Both the position numbers and the translations under genes were made by a program. A stretch of DNA of 64,000 nt from the human T2T-CHM13v2.0 reference genome, Homo sapiens: the NCBI RefSeq assembly GCF_009914755.1, contig NC_060934.1; one strand, written 5' to 3'. Each line of letters starts with the position of its first letter. Within the stretch, counting starts at the first letter, position 1. Shown here piece after piece: positions 1 to 22,468 of this stretch. The notes beneath the pieces were generated by a model. It ran no database searches. It was not told the origin of the DNA and saw only the letters and a program-made list of their open reading frames with translations.

Positions 1-99
1 CAGAGGTTGCAGTGAGCTAAGATCACACCATTGCACTCCAGCCTGGGCAACAGAGCCAGACCCTGCCTAAAAACAGAAACAAACAAACAAAAAATTATA

Positions 100-362
100 T
101 AGTTGTGTAGCCATCACCACCACCTAGTTTTAGAACATTCCATCACCCCCAGAAGTTTCCTCATGCCTATTTGCAGGCAGTCCTCCCTATCCACCCACCC
201 ATAGCCCAGGCAGCCGATGATATGCTTTCTGTCTCTACAGTGCTGCCTTTTCTACAAGTGTAATCAGATAATATGTAGTATTCTGTGTTTGGCTTCTTGC
301 ACGGAGCATAATGTTTTTAACCTTCAGTATCTATAGTCTGTTCCTTTTTATTTCTGAGTAGT
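100..362 (-). mobile_element. Old L1 (L1M-type) 3' fragment
   Basis: Motif 'ttgtgtagccatcaccac...agaacattccatcacccccagaagtttcctcatgcc' is typical of antisense L1M 3' ends; subfamily not resolved. Confidence 0.5.
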
Positions 363-597
363 TGATATGGTTTGACTGTGTCCCCACCCAAATCTCATCT
401 TGAATTGTAGTTCCCGTAATTCCTAGGTGTTGTGGGAGGGACCCGGTGGGAGATAATTGAATCATAGGGGCGGTTTCCCCCACTGTTCTTGTGGTAGTGA
501 ATACATCTCGTAAGATCTGATGGTTTTGTAAGGGCTTTCCCTTTTTGCTTGGCTCTTATTCTTGCTTTGCCTGCCACCATATAAGATGTGCCTTTCC
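363..597 (+). mobile_element. THE1/MST-type MaLR LTR, partial
   Basis: Starts tgatatggtttgactgtgtccccacccaaatctcatcttgaattgtagttccc, the THE1/MST LTR terminus; cut off by an Alu at ~598. Confidence 0.8.
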
Positions 598-1176
<579 letters not shown>

Positions 1177-1179
1177 GTT

Positions 1180-7200
<6,021 letters not shown>

Positions 7201-7330
7201 TGATAGTCAAGATTTTCTCCAAAATAATCCATAGTATAGGAGATAGGGAAAAAAAAAAACAGGTGTGGAGATAGTTAAAAATAAGAGTAGCCAGTTATTA
7301 AGGGTAAACTGGGTTAAGATTCATTATGCT

Positions 7331-7643
<313 letters not shown>

Positions 7644-7854
7644 CTATGATCTTTACTTCTGTAATTCTTGAAATTTCCCATAGGTTATAAAATATTAAAG
7701 TTAGTATCTTTCCCCTCTCCTTGAACAATATAAGGGTTTTGGAGCACTTCACTCCAGTCTCTCACTCCTGATGCTTGTTCTATTATTGCTGGGTATTTTT
7801 GTTGCACTTGGCTCTTTTTTTGTTTTAATGACAAATTAAATAACATCATTATTA

Positions 7855-7929
7855 TTAGTTTGGTGCAAAAGTAATTGTGGTTTTTGCCATTAAAGAGTTA
7901 AAACCGCAATTACTTTTGCACCAACCTAA
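7855..7929. mobile_element. MADE1 (Hsmar1-derived MITE)
   Basis: ttagtttggtgcaaaagtaattg...caattacttttgcaccaacctaa, terminal inverted repeats flanked by TA on both sides. Confidence 0.92.
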
Positions 7930-8031
7930 TATTTTAAGTATGTTGAGTCTCCCACACAAGTATGCCTTTCTTTGCTCACTAATCCTCTTTGCAACTCAGA
8001 CCCTTCCTCTGCAATCACTTTCCATCTGCCT

Positions 8032-8036
<5 letters not shown>

Positions 8037-8062
<26 letters not shown>
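8037..8062. repeat. (AC)n microsatellite
   Basis: About 13 AC units. Confidence 0.9.
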
Positions 8063-8245
8063 TTTGTGTAGTGCTCCCTCACCTCACAGCTTCCCCTGTA
8101 CTGTGTCAGGTCCCAACTGACAGAGGAAACCTGACCTCCCCAGCCCAGCTGCACTCTGGCTATGCCAAGGTCTTGGGAGTCATGACACACCCGTGTGTGG
8201 GTGGGGTGCTGTTGCCAGGGAGTTCACAGCCCTCTGCACTTTCCC

Positions 8246-9050
<805 letters not shown>

Positions 9051-9286
9051 CCCCCACCAAGTGTCATCGCCTGTTTACTTGTCTGTCTGCCCAATTCGAG
9101 TGTAAGCTCCATGAGGTCAGAAGTACGTCAGTCTTATTTGCCACTTATCCCCAGACCTTGATGGTAAATAAATGAATTTTAGAGATGGAAAGGGCCAAGA
9201 AATCACTTAGGCCAGCCCAATTATTTTAAACTGAAATTTAAAACTAAGATCCAGAGACAGGAACTGATTTTGCTCGAGGCTACTCA

Positions 9287-9805
<519 letters not shown>

Positions 9806-11505
9806 TTAGTCCCAAGGGGCAGCTGATCCACCAGTAACAACCAGGGCAGAACTGTGCCCAGCACCTGATCAGCTGAATTCAGGAGACTCTCCACCTGAAG
9901 CTTCAGAATGGGGAAACAAGAAAAGGGGTACTAATGTCAAACTTGAGGCCCGCCTTCAAGAAGCTCAGCATTTCACACCTCGGCCAGAGCCAAAGCTTTG
10001 GGCTTTGAGCAAATTAGGAAAAGACACTTCTTCCACAAGGTATCTTTTTCCATCTGTCAGTGAAGTGTCATAATATACTGATTTCATTAGAAGATACTTT
10101 ACTCAAGGTCGGCCAGAAAATGATCACAGAGTTACTATGTCTATGAAGTAAAGGTGCCCCCTTAGATGGGAAGCGGTTGTGCAGTACACAACCTGCAGAA
10201 CTGTACACAACCTGCAGAACCACACATAGCATTCTTTGCTTGGCAGTCTGGTCCCATCCTTTCCACAGCCCTCATATCCCCGCTTCCCCTCCCTCTGCCT
10301 AGAGCCCTCAGACCTGTTGGAGAACAGTCTCAATCTACAGGTTACCATTTTACATGTAACTCCTTCCTGTCAGCTTTTTACTTCCCTCCCCCTGCAGACA
10401 GCAGGGATTGACGACGGGTGAGAGAAGGCTGATGGCCCCATTTAGGGAAGCACAGGAGGAGGTGGGGAGGCCGGATGTAGTGAATTCCAAATGAATGAGT
10501 ATCCACGGGCCAGGGGATGATCAAGGAGGTGTGAGGGTTAACAGTGCGGGCCTTGAAGAAATGCCACCTACCAGCTAGCTGTGAGCTGCTGGGCATGCTT
10601 TTAGCCTCCCAAAACCTCATTTTCCCTTTTGTGAAATGCTTATCATTGTAGGCCTGCTGGGAGGATTTCAGAAATGATATGAGTGAATGCTTAGTGCACG
10701 GTAAGGGCTCAGCACCTGTGAGCTACTGTTATTGCTATTATCAGCATCATCAGCCCAGGGACATCTGCCCTTCCGCCTGTCAGCCTCCAGGCAGCTCCTG
10801 CTTTAAACAAAATTGGGACACTCCAGATTTCTAAAAGAAAACCACATGGCAGGGAGGAGGGCAAGTGCTGGAGGGAGAAAGGATTACTCACTTTACCAAA
10901 GTACCCACTACTGGATAAACAGAAACACCCAGACTGCTTTTAAATGGGGTTGGTTTTGTTCAGGGGACATTGCTGACACGGACTGGAATGTGTCCTCTCC
11001 TGCCCCTGCCGCTGTGTGTTGCTGGCCAGTCTCCCGCACATCTGGACCCCAGAAGTCCCAAGAATGACCGGGTGCATCCAAGGAGGCACAAACCCAGGTT
11101 CGGGGAGTGAGAGAAAAATGGGTGCAAATCTCAGTCCTGCTGCTCCTGAGCTTCTCAGCCTTGGGCTCCATGCTGAGCTTTGCCCCCGTCTCCAACAGGT
11201 CACCAGCGCACCTGCCTTGCGGGGCAGGGTTGGGGGTGGGGGGCACATGGAATAGTGCATGTCAAGCACCTGGTGCTGATGGTGGTGGTATTATTACCAG
11301 CTGGGAGACTTTAGCCCAAGGCAGGGGGTGTGAGATGACACCACGGCACCCGTTTCCCATTCTCCGCATCCCCTTCCAGCCTTGTCCACACACAGAGAAT
11401 TCTGACATGGTCGTCACCTCCACCTGGCCAGAATATGGTAGCCTACCTTTTCGACAGAATAACCAAATGTATTTTTTTTCACAGTATTACATGTTTCATT
11501 TAGAA

Positions 11506-12122
<617 letters not shown>

Positions 12123-14596
12123 TCACCAAGTCATCAACAAAAATATCACTAAGGTTTGTTTTTTGTTTTAACTTTTCTGGTAAGCCATCACCTTGCGCCA
12201 GCTTTGTGTCCTTAAGCCTTATCACCTCAGCTCTATAGCCTGAGCTGAAGAAGGTGAGGGCCCTGGTTCTTTATTTCTTCCCCCTTTTTATATAAGGAAG
12301 CAAACCCCTTCCCAGTATCCTCCCAGCAGACAGCAGATGTCCGCTGAGATCTCCAGGGTGAGAATGGGTCACCAGCCCTCCCCTTACCCAGTGGTGACTA
12401 GGGGAAATGGGATGTTTCTGCTTAAACCTGTCACAGTTATGCCCCGAGGCTGAGGGAAGGAATCAGAACAAAGTTAAGTCTGCAAGGAGGGGGAGTGGCT
12501 GCCATTTTACTCGACAAGAGCCCTTCACTGACCAAAAGCAGCATCTGGGGCCCAGAGAGGTTAAGCCCCTTGTCCACTACACGTGACTTTGCACCAGGGC
12601 CAGGGTGCAAACCCTGTCCCGAGGCCCAGTAAGCTCTCCCCACTTCACCATATGGCTTCTCCACAACAGCAGACCCTAAGCCCAAGCCCCCCAAAGGGCA
12701 GGAGCCCCATCCCAGGACTCTCTGAGCTTGACAGAGCCATGATGTGGACAAAGTCAGCCAGGAGAGGGCTCCTCGTGCCCAAATGCACCTCACCCACCTC
12801 CAGGCCCATGGCTGACGGAGCCAAAGCACCTCCTGTCCCTGGCAAAGTCCTGGCAGGGGGTCAGCGGGAACCCAGAGCCTGACAAACAGCATCTCTATAG
12901 CCGCCTGGACCCCGGCCAAGCTGCCTCATTCCCCAGGGCTGACCTCATGTTTCTGAAGAGCCTCAGGAGCCTGAGGTCTGTGAGCTGCCTCACAGGGTTC
13001 AGTTCTGCTGCCAGCAAAGGAAATGGCCCGGGCTGGGGGCCATGTGGAGAGGTGGGAGCACAGAACCCAGGCACCCTCCCCACCACCCACCCCTGCCCTG
13101 CCAGAGCCCTCAGCCTGTGCCAGGCAGGCCCCACTGCCCCACTCCAGAAGAAACCAAGCAGCACCCTCTAACTTCTGAGGTGTAGCCCATGCCCACCTGT
13201 CTTCTCACCTCTGCCGGATACCTGGAGAAACGTTCACAGACTGGCTGTTTCCATCTGTTTCATTCCAGACTCCTGGAAAGTGAGCAAAAGGCAGTGAGAC
13301 TTCATCAGAGGTGCTAAGAACATCTCTGAAATCGTGCCAACACCTCAAAGAGCTAGAGAGCTTACAGCCAGGCTGAGGCCTGTTGCTGGGTGACAAAAGT
13401 CACTGTTTATTTAACCCAGAGCTGGGCCAGGTGCCCACACTGGCCTTTCTATGGTCACTGAGAGCAAAGGCTCCCAGGGTACTGAGGCCCAGCGTGTGCT
13501 CCACGACAAAAGCCTTCATGCACTTGGCCTCCACTTCCCGACTTCCCTTCTGGGTCAAATGTCTACTCACCTCGTATAGCAGTCAAGGGGAGCAGCCTGG
13601 GGAAACAGCCCATGGCGGACCCCAAGACACACTCATTTCTCCACCTCCTTCTGGGGCATCTCCATCCCAGCTCCACTTCCCACATACCCAGGCTGCAGGT
13701 CCCAGCCAAGGTGTTTGTTCCTATTCTTATCCCTTAAAAGTTTTTATTCTCCCCGTACAACCACAAGGGCCGAAAACCATGTTGGGAGGCAAGAAGGCTT
13801 CCGCTTCTGTGCCATCGCCTCTCTGGCCTGACCAAGGGGGATCAGACACAGCAGCTGGCAATTTTAAACTTTTCCTGCCAAAGTTATTCTCAGAACTGTG
13901 GCTCCCCATCTTCAGAGCTTGAAAAGTCTGCATGTCTTGAAAGGATGCAGGCTGCAGGGCTGTGTGAACCGAGCGGAATTTTCCATTCATAGAATAATCA
14001 TCTTCATACCACTCTGGGGGGCTGGCGTTCTCGTGGTAAAAGCTCCGAGTTCAGGGTCAGCAAACCTGCCAGGCGTCTGCAGGAGCCCTGCGGCATGGAG
14101 GTTCTTTTATTTATTTTTGGTGGAGAAGGGGAGGAAATAAAGGAATGACTTTCTACCTTGCATGCCAACACAAACTTGGAAAAGGATCTGGGTTGGCAAG
14201 TGCTGAATATTACTGCCTGGTTTCATGACTTACATCAACCATCGGGGGCTAGAAGGAAGAGGCTGAAACATGGATCTTTAACCCCTAACCCAGAGAGGCG
14301 GCCAGAACAGGCCTCACTTCACTGCTTCAGGTCCTTTCCCGCGCCTGCCAGCCAGAGCCCTGGATTGCTCTTTGAGGGCAGGGGCCCCAGCCAAGGCCAT
14401 ATCGCCTCACCTCACCTCACTTCTTTCCAGCTTCCCCTGTGTTGTGCCTTAGAGTTCTGCGGATGCATGCACAGACTTATTGTCTGAGATACCTTGCTGG
14501 TCCAGGGTGTAGTGAGAAGGCCACCCGGCCGGGAGTAACAGGACCAGAGTCTTAGTTCTGTCACATAGTCACTGTAGCCTTAAAGAAGTCCTGCTT

Positions 14597-15960
<1,364 letters not shown>

Positions 15961-15985
15961 AGAAAAGAAAAAAAAAGAAAGAAAA

Positions 15986-16093
15986 GGAAGGAGGGAAAGA
16001 AGGAAGGAAGGAAGGAAGGAAAGAAGGAAGGAAAGAAGGAAGGAAGGAAGGAAGGAAGGAAGGAAGGAAGGAAGGAAGGAAGGAAGGAAGGAA
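15986..16093 (+). repeat. (GGAA)n microsatellite
   Basis: 14 uninterrupted GGAA at 16038-16093; about 23 GGAA in total. Confidence 0.97.
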
Positions 16094-16800
16094 GACAAAA
16101 TATAACATTGAATACACGTTGTTTTTCAAACTGCACATACAACCCACATTTTGACTCAGGCCTCTGGGGCGAGGGGGTACACACACACACACACACATCC
16201 CAGTCACTGTCCTAGGCTCTCCAGCCATGAGATTTTCCGGCCCAGCCCCAACCCCGACCTAAGTAACCGGCTATCGGCCACCCATTGGCTGAAGTCCCTG
16301 AGCACCTGTTGGGAGGAAGGCTGCTGCGTGCAGCCGGAAAGTCCTGCGTCCCTCCGCTCTTACCGCGGCAGGAACCACAGCCTCCCCGAACCTCAGGGTT
16401 TGTATGGATTTCGCCCAGGGGAAAGCGCTCCAACGCGCGGTGCAAACGGAAGCCACTGGCTGGTTGGGCGGCTGTGATGGGAGAGCTGCATCCTTCCAAC
16501 GCGTCCAGCTTTTCATGCTGATGTTGGTGAGAAGGGGGTGGATAGCGGGGATTCTCAGGATTAGGGCCTAGGGCCATTAAAGGCTGGGAGGTGGGGGCGT
16601 AAACCTGTGGCCACCCTGACCCCTGTCCTCGAGGGGCCTCACCACCAGGCCGAGGAGACCCAGGCCTGGTCACCTGCTCCAAGCCCAGGCCCGGCGCTCG
16701 AATGCGGGCCCCAGCGGCCCTCCCTTCCCGGCCCTTCTCTCCCCTACTTTCTCCTCACCTCCCAGCTGCGCGGAGAACACGCCCCCTCCCCGTGTTCCCA

Positions 16801-17105
16801 CCAATCAGCGTCCGGAGCGGCGCCCGAGGCGCCGGGGGGCTCTGGTCTGCAGCCAATGAGCGCCACGGCTCGAGGCGGCGCCTCGCCCGCCCCCTCCCGG
16901 AATGAAGGCCGCCCGACAGCTGGCGAGGCTGGCGCAGCGCGCGGGGCGCGGGAGCCGCGCGGGCTGGAGCGGAGCGCGCACACAGCCAGCCCGCCTCCGC
17001 TCCGCCTCCGTCCGGGGCGCGGGCGAGGTGGCCGGGGCGGGGGAACGCAGGGGGCAGGGCCGCGGCGGCGAGGCCGGGGGGCGGGGAGGAGTGGGCCCGA
17101 TAAAA
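16801..17105 (+). promoter_or_regulatory. NANOS1: NANOS1 proximal promoter: CCAAT boxes (16801, 16853), GC boxes, TATA-like GATAAAA (17099-17105); TSS inferred near 17130
   Basis: Motifs seen directly; the only AT-rich hexamer in a GC-rich stretch, about 115 nt upstream of the ATG. Confidence 0.6.
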
Positions 17106-17215
17106 GGCGGCGCGGCGGCCCCACCCCGCGGCAGGCCGGCGGGCAGGCTCGGCGTGTCCCTTCCCTCCGGCCCGCGCCGGCGGCGGGGAGGCGGCGCGCG
17201 GCCCGCAGCCCGCCC

Positions 17216-18094
17216 ATGGAGGCTTTCCCCTGGGCGCCCCGCTCGCCCCGCCGCGGCCGCGCCCCCCCGCCCATGGCGCTCGTGCCCAGCGCCCGCTACG
17301 TGAGCGCCCCGGGCCCGGCGCACCCGCAGCCCTTCAGCTCCTGGAACGACTACCTGGGGCTCGCCACGCTCATCACCAAAGCGGTGGACGGCGAGCCGCG
17401 CTTCGGCTGCGCCCGCGGTGGGAACGGCGGCGGCGGCTCCCCGCCCTCCTCCTCCTCGTCGTCCTGCTGCTCCCCCCACACGGGGGCCGGGCCTGGGGCG
17501 CTGGGGCCGGCGCTGGGGCCGCCCGACTACGACGAGGACGACGACGACGACAGCGACGAGCCGGGGTCCCGGGGCCGCTACCTGGGGAGCGCGCTGGAAT
17601 TGCGCGCGCTGGAGCTGTGCGCGGGCCCCGCCGAGGCCGGGCTGCTGGAGGAGCGCTTCGCCGAGCTGAGCCCGTTCGCGGGTCGTGCCGCCGCCGTGCT
17701 GCTGGGCTGCGCGCCCGCCGCCGCCGCCGCCGCCACCACCACCAGCGAGGCGACGCCGCGCGAGGAGCGGGCCCCGGCGTGGGCGGCCGAGCCCCGGCTG
17801 CACGCGGCCTCCGGGGCGGCGGCCGCCCGGCTGCTGAAGCCCGAGCTGCAGGTGTGCGTGTTCTGCCGGAACAACAAGGAGGCGATGGCGCTCTACACCA
17901 CCCATATCCTCAAGGGCCCCGACGGGCGAGTGCTGTGTCCCGTGCTGCGCCGCTACACGTGTCCCCTGTGCGGCGCCAGCGGCGACAACGCGCACACCAT
18001 CAAGTACTGCCCGCTCTCCAAAGTGCCGCCGCCGCCCGCCCGCCCGCCGCCCCGCAGCGCCAGGGACGGCCCGCCTGGCAAGAAGCTGCGCTGA
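17216..18094 (+). CDS. NANOS1: Nanos homolog 1 (292 aa, intronless)
   Basis: [13 protein letters not shown] start; NOT1-interacting motif [14 protein letters not shown]; tandem CCHC Nanos zinc fingers CVFCRNN...H..K....[25 protein letters not shown]; 879 nt = 292 aa + TGA. Confidence 0.98.
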   Translation: MEAFPWAPRSPRRGRAPPPMALVPSARYVSAPGPAHPQPFSSWNDYLGLATLITKAVDGEPRFGCARGGNGGGGSPPSSSSSSCCSPHTGAGPGALGPALGPPDYDEDDDDDSDEPGSRGRYLGSALELRALELCAGPAEAGLLEERFAELSPFAGRAAAVLLGCAPAAAAAATTTSEATPREERAPAWAAEPRLHAASGAAAARLLKPELQVCVFCRNNKEAMALYTTHILKGPDGRVLCPVLRRYTCPLCGASGDNAHTIKYCPLSKVPPPPARPPPRSARDGPPGKKLR

Positions 18095-20314
18095 AGGCCC
18101 GGGCTCCCGGCCGCCCAGGGTCGCCGCCGCCCCTCGCACCGCTAGGTCTGCGCACCATCTCGCCCCCGCCGTGGGGAGGCGTGCGGCTCAGCGGTCGGCT
18201 CGACATGGGACGTCGTCCTGGTGGTTTTTGAAAAGCAGCCGACCGTGTGGAGTACTTCCGTGCTGAACGATTGGGACTAGACGCTGAAATCCCCATTTGT
18301 CTTCAGTTTCTAGTTTGCACATCCAGAACGGCGAAGGCTGGGTGTGTATTCCACTAACTGAAATATGGCAACTTAGAGGCGCTGTTTATTTACTGTATAC
18401 GTCGACCTATTTTAGATGCGCATCAGTATGAAATTGTCTCAATCTTGGATGTTTCATTTTATGAATGGAGGCACTTTACTAGGTCTAGAATATTTTTTTA
18501 AAAGCCTCTGAACTGAGCTTAAAACTGGCGATTTTATGAAATGTCGGCAAAATGACTATTTTATTGTTTGAAGCGAGTTAATATTCTCAGTTGTCTTTAA
18601 AAATCAGTTACTCTAATTCCAGGTGAAGCAAGCCGCTGGTAGCATCACCCTTATGAGAAGTGAAGGTTTTGTAAACTTTCCAGTATTAATTTGGGCGGGT
18701 ATTCCCCGCTTGTGGCTTGTTTCTGTCCTAGCTGGAGGTGTAAAATGCACAATGTGTAGCAGGTAGAATACAGCTCCTTATCGTTCTATGTACCAGGTAT
18801 TTTATTACTGAACTAGCAACTAGCCTTTTCCACCTTTAAAAGTTGTGCCAAGTCATAATCATATTGTGTATAACTTGGAAATGGTGCTGTTTAAAAAAAT
18901 TGTGTATTTATACAGTAACAGTATGAATTCATTAATCTCACCTGTAACTTTCCTACTTGGCCTTTTCTCTACACACTCACCCTCTTCCAGTTCTTTAAAA
19001 ACGTTTATGATATTAAGATCAAAGGGAGGAAGGGAAGACAGCAGTATTAATTCACCCTAGATTACTCAATTTCAGGGTTCCTAGTGGAGGAAAGCCCATT
19101 CCAGCTGTTGCCTGTCAAACAAATAGAAGATGGATCTCTAGCTCTGAGCTATTCGTGTATTAACTCGTATTCAAGAAGGTTCCACCGTGGGCTGCGTCTG
19201 ACTTTAATACAGGCAGTGCTCAAACTAGAATAAGCACTAATTAAAGGAATTGTTGGGGGTCCTTCATGTGTTCCCACTCCTACTGGAAGACCCATGTCGG
19301 TTTCCGGAACCCCACCAGTTTACCCATAAGCAAGACTAAACCTGATCCTTGGGCAAAAGTTCCTAACCCCTACTTTACCCTCCCACCCTCACTTTTAAAT
19401 CCACCATACTGAATGCCACACTATGGAATGCAGCTACCTGCCAAGCAAGGCAATAGAAGGCAAAAAATGGAAGTGAATTAAGATGAACTCATCTGAAATA
19501 CACAAATGCATTACTATCTGAAGATACCAGCAAGAGTTTAGTCTACGTGTATAAGGCTCCCAGTAGGATTTAGCTAGGCTACTAGAAGTTAGACTGCTTT
19601 CGCATTAAACAGCTAACTTCATCCACAGCAAATTGACTCAATCAGGAACCTTCATTTGAAGGTGTGTTAGAGGATGGGGTCGATAGCTGTCTTTTTGGTG
19701 AAAGAAAAGGTGCATTTCAAGAACTTGGGGGGCAGGAGGAAAGCACAATGTTTCTTAGCCAGGAAAGACAAATAATCCAACGCTGCTAGTCTTAACCCCA
19801 GACCAGAGAGAACTGCAGATCTGACTGGGCCTAAATTAAGTAGCTTAATGAAACCATGTAATTACTTGTTCTCCTTTCTTTTGCTATAGAAAATCTACCA
19901 GTTTAAATGAGCTTCACCTTCTGGGTGAAGTTTCTAAGGTCAACATGAATCCTCTTACCTCTCTCACTGCTCGTGTTCTGCCTTTTCAAAAGGACCACTA
20001 TGAACAGATCAGCGCATTCTCTAGGCCAAAAGGGCTAGCCAGGTGGCAAGATCAATTTAGCTACTTTGTATTTTCAGAGTCAAATTACAGACGGTTTCCA
20101 AAGGTCTTGAGCATGGGGCTTTGGCATAGCCTCAATATATGGGAGTCACTGTGATGAGATGTGCCTAATGTTAATTTGATATTCTGACATTGCTACTATT
20201 TTACCAGAACTAAGAACATATTGAGCTGGAGCTTCTTGAGGGCAGGAGAGTATTGGAAAAGGAATCCAGAAGACCCTCTCCACTACTCAGGCAGCCACTA
20301 TTCATCTATTTTTA

Positions 20315-20629
<315 letters not shown>

Positions 20630-21096
20630 TCAGCCCCTGTGCCAAATTTGCCTAGGTTTTCCAGCTGACAATGAATACTGGGAGTTAAAACGCAGAGTAT
20701 TACTATAGTTAATTTTCTAGGGTTCTCTTATGAAAAGTATATGTAAACACATTCATTTAAAAATCCTTGGAACTCAATGTGGAACTTTAAACATTTTGCA
20801 AAATTACATTTAGAGAAACCCAATTTTTCAAAGTTTAAGAAATATACAAAGTATGACAAAATTATCTTCATAAGAACATGCTGCATACTTGCCTAGTAGC
20901 AAAACAATACAGGGAAGAGTCAAAAGGGCTTCTCCAACTGTAGAGGTACAGATTGTCTTAACCTGTTCTTTTCTGTACAGACTTAAAATTTCTAGTGGCT
21001 TTTATTTTTCTTTGTATTTTAATTTTCCTACAAAGTCCTTTTTGGAAGTTGCAGAATTATTAGCTTTGATGAGAACAACTTTTGTCATAGATTTGA

Positions 21097-21125
21097 TTTA
21101 TTAAACCAAAATTATACATATTAAA
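21097..21125. terminator. Overlapping poly(A) signals: AATAAA (- strand, 21097-21102) and ATTAAA (+ strand, 21100-21105 and 21120-21125)
   Basis: tttattaaa and attaaa motifs where the two convergent 3' UTRs meet. Confidence 0.6.
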
Positions 21126-22462
21126 ATTATATCACAAATATATATGCTTCCAGACAAAGAAAAGTTTGTTAGTCCTGATTTTCTAATCGTAGCCACTCAA
21201 GGAACAGTCCTTTCATAGTACCCCAAGTATTTCAATTAGACTTATAAAAGTATAAGTCAATCTATGGTCAGTGTCTTTGGTTAAAAAAAAAAACACAGGC
21301 AGTTCTTTACATAAAAACGTCCCACACGTTATAGATGCCAGCCACCTCCTGGTAGTCACTATGGACAACTAATGAGATGCAAAGTCTTTTGGACCGATGA
21401 TGTCTCTACTACTGGATCTATCTGTATTAACAGCAATGTTACTCTCAATGAAACTGCAGAAGCCACCATGAACATGGAAGACCACCTAGCAGATCGGTGA
21501 GTAGGCTGCTTGTTCAGCTTTCCTTTAACACCTGTTGGTAAATACTAATGGGAGTAGACAGAGTTGTATGGCCTGGACAGTGGAAACCAAGAGCAGGATC
21601 GCAAAGTAACAGCATCAGACTCTTCTGCCCTCCTCTTGCACTTGGGTTCTGACTCCCAGAACAAAGAACTTGGGAGAACAGTACGGGAGACTGAGCAGAA
21701 AGGATGGGTTTGCTGACTCGCCTTGAAATCTAACTCTAACGTAGGCAGCAGTAACTCGTCTGAACAAATCTGATTAAATAAATTCTTGGGGCTTACCTGT
21801 GATGTCACACATACAGATCTACTCTCCAGGAAGCAAACTCTTAGCAAGTTACTGCCCCACTTGTAATCACTGATCTGAAATTCTCTTGTTATGAAAGAAA
21901 AGTCCTTCTCCCCACGAAAGACCTTTAAAGACTTCTACGTATTTGAAATACCAGATACTAAGGTGTTTAAAATGATTTCTATCATTGGTAACATCAAACA
22001 AAAATAGCTGCATCTGGTTAAGTTAAAAAGCATCAATACTCCCTCTTCTGGCCCTACAGCTGTACCAATAGGAATTCTCACCACTACTCAATAACAGAAA
22101 TAAGTGCCTACAGCCATGATGAATTTGTAACATTTTCTCAAATTAACTACGATTTTTCTAATTTCAGGTGAAAACCCAAGGTGGTACTTCAAACACGCAC
22201 ATGCACACACAAACTCAGAGGACAGCGTTACAAGGAAACTAAGGAATTCCTGCATTAACAAAGGAAGACATGTTAGGGGGACATCCTAGCCACATATGCT
22301 TTCTTTGTTATATTTAGGTTCATTTTCATTGATACTAAACACAGACATTTAATGGCACTGATAAAAATTCAAGTAAAAAAAACTCAACTGAATATGCAAA
22401 CTTACCATTATAAACAAAATACTATAACCACAAATCAACACTAAAACAAATTCTGTAAGTAT

Positions 22463-22468
22463 TTTATT
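22463..22468 (-). terminator. EIF3A: EIF3A proximal/major poly(A) signal AATAAA
   Basis: About 1 kb after the stop codon and followed by U/GU-rich sequence on the minus strand; another AATAAA lies at 23172-23177. Confidence 0.65.

Larger units (their letters stand above)
16230..18260. promoter_or_regulatory. CpG island covering NANOS1 promoter and CDS
   Basis: Very high GC and CpG density relative to flanks. Confidence 0.9.

Noticed and set aside
12437-14487. ORFs of 100-180 aa in the GC-moderate region upstream of NANOS1
   Set aside because: No recognisable domains or consistent splice structure; several use non-ATG starts
16607-17215. 203-codon in-frame upstream extension of the NANOS1 ORF (495 aa in the track)
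   Set aside because: It starts at GTG and lies mostly upstream of the TATA-like box and inferred TSS; stop codons are scarce in CpG islands, so long open frames are expected
16744-18296. Long antisense and alternate-frame ORFs over NANOS1 (444, 204, 176 aa)
   Set aside because: Low-complexity Gly/Ala/Arg translations are a by-product of extreme GC content; no domain evidence
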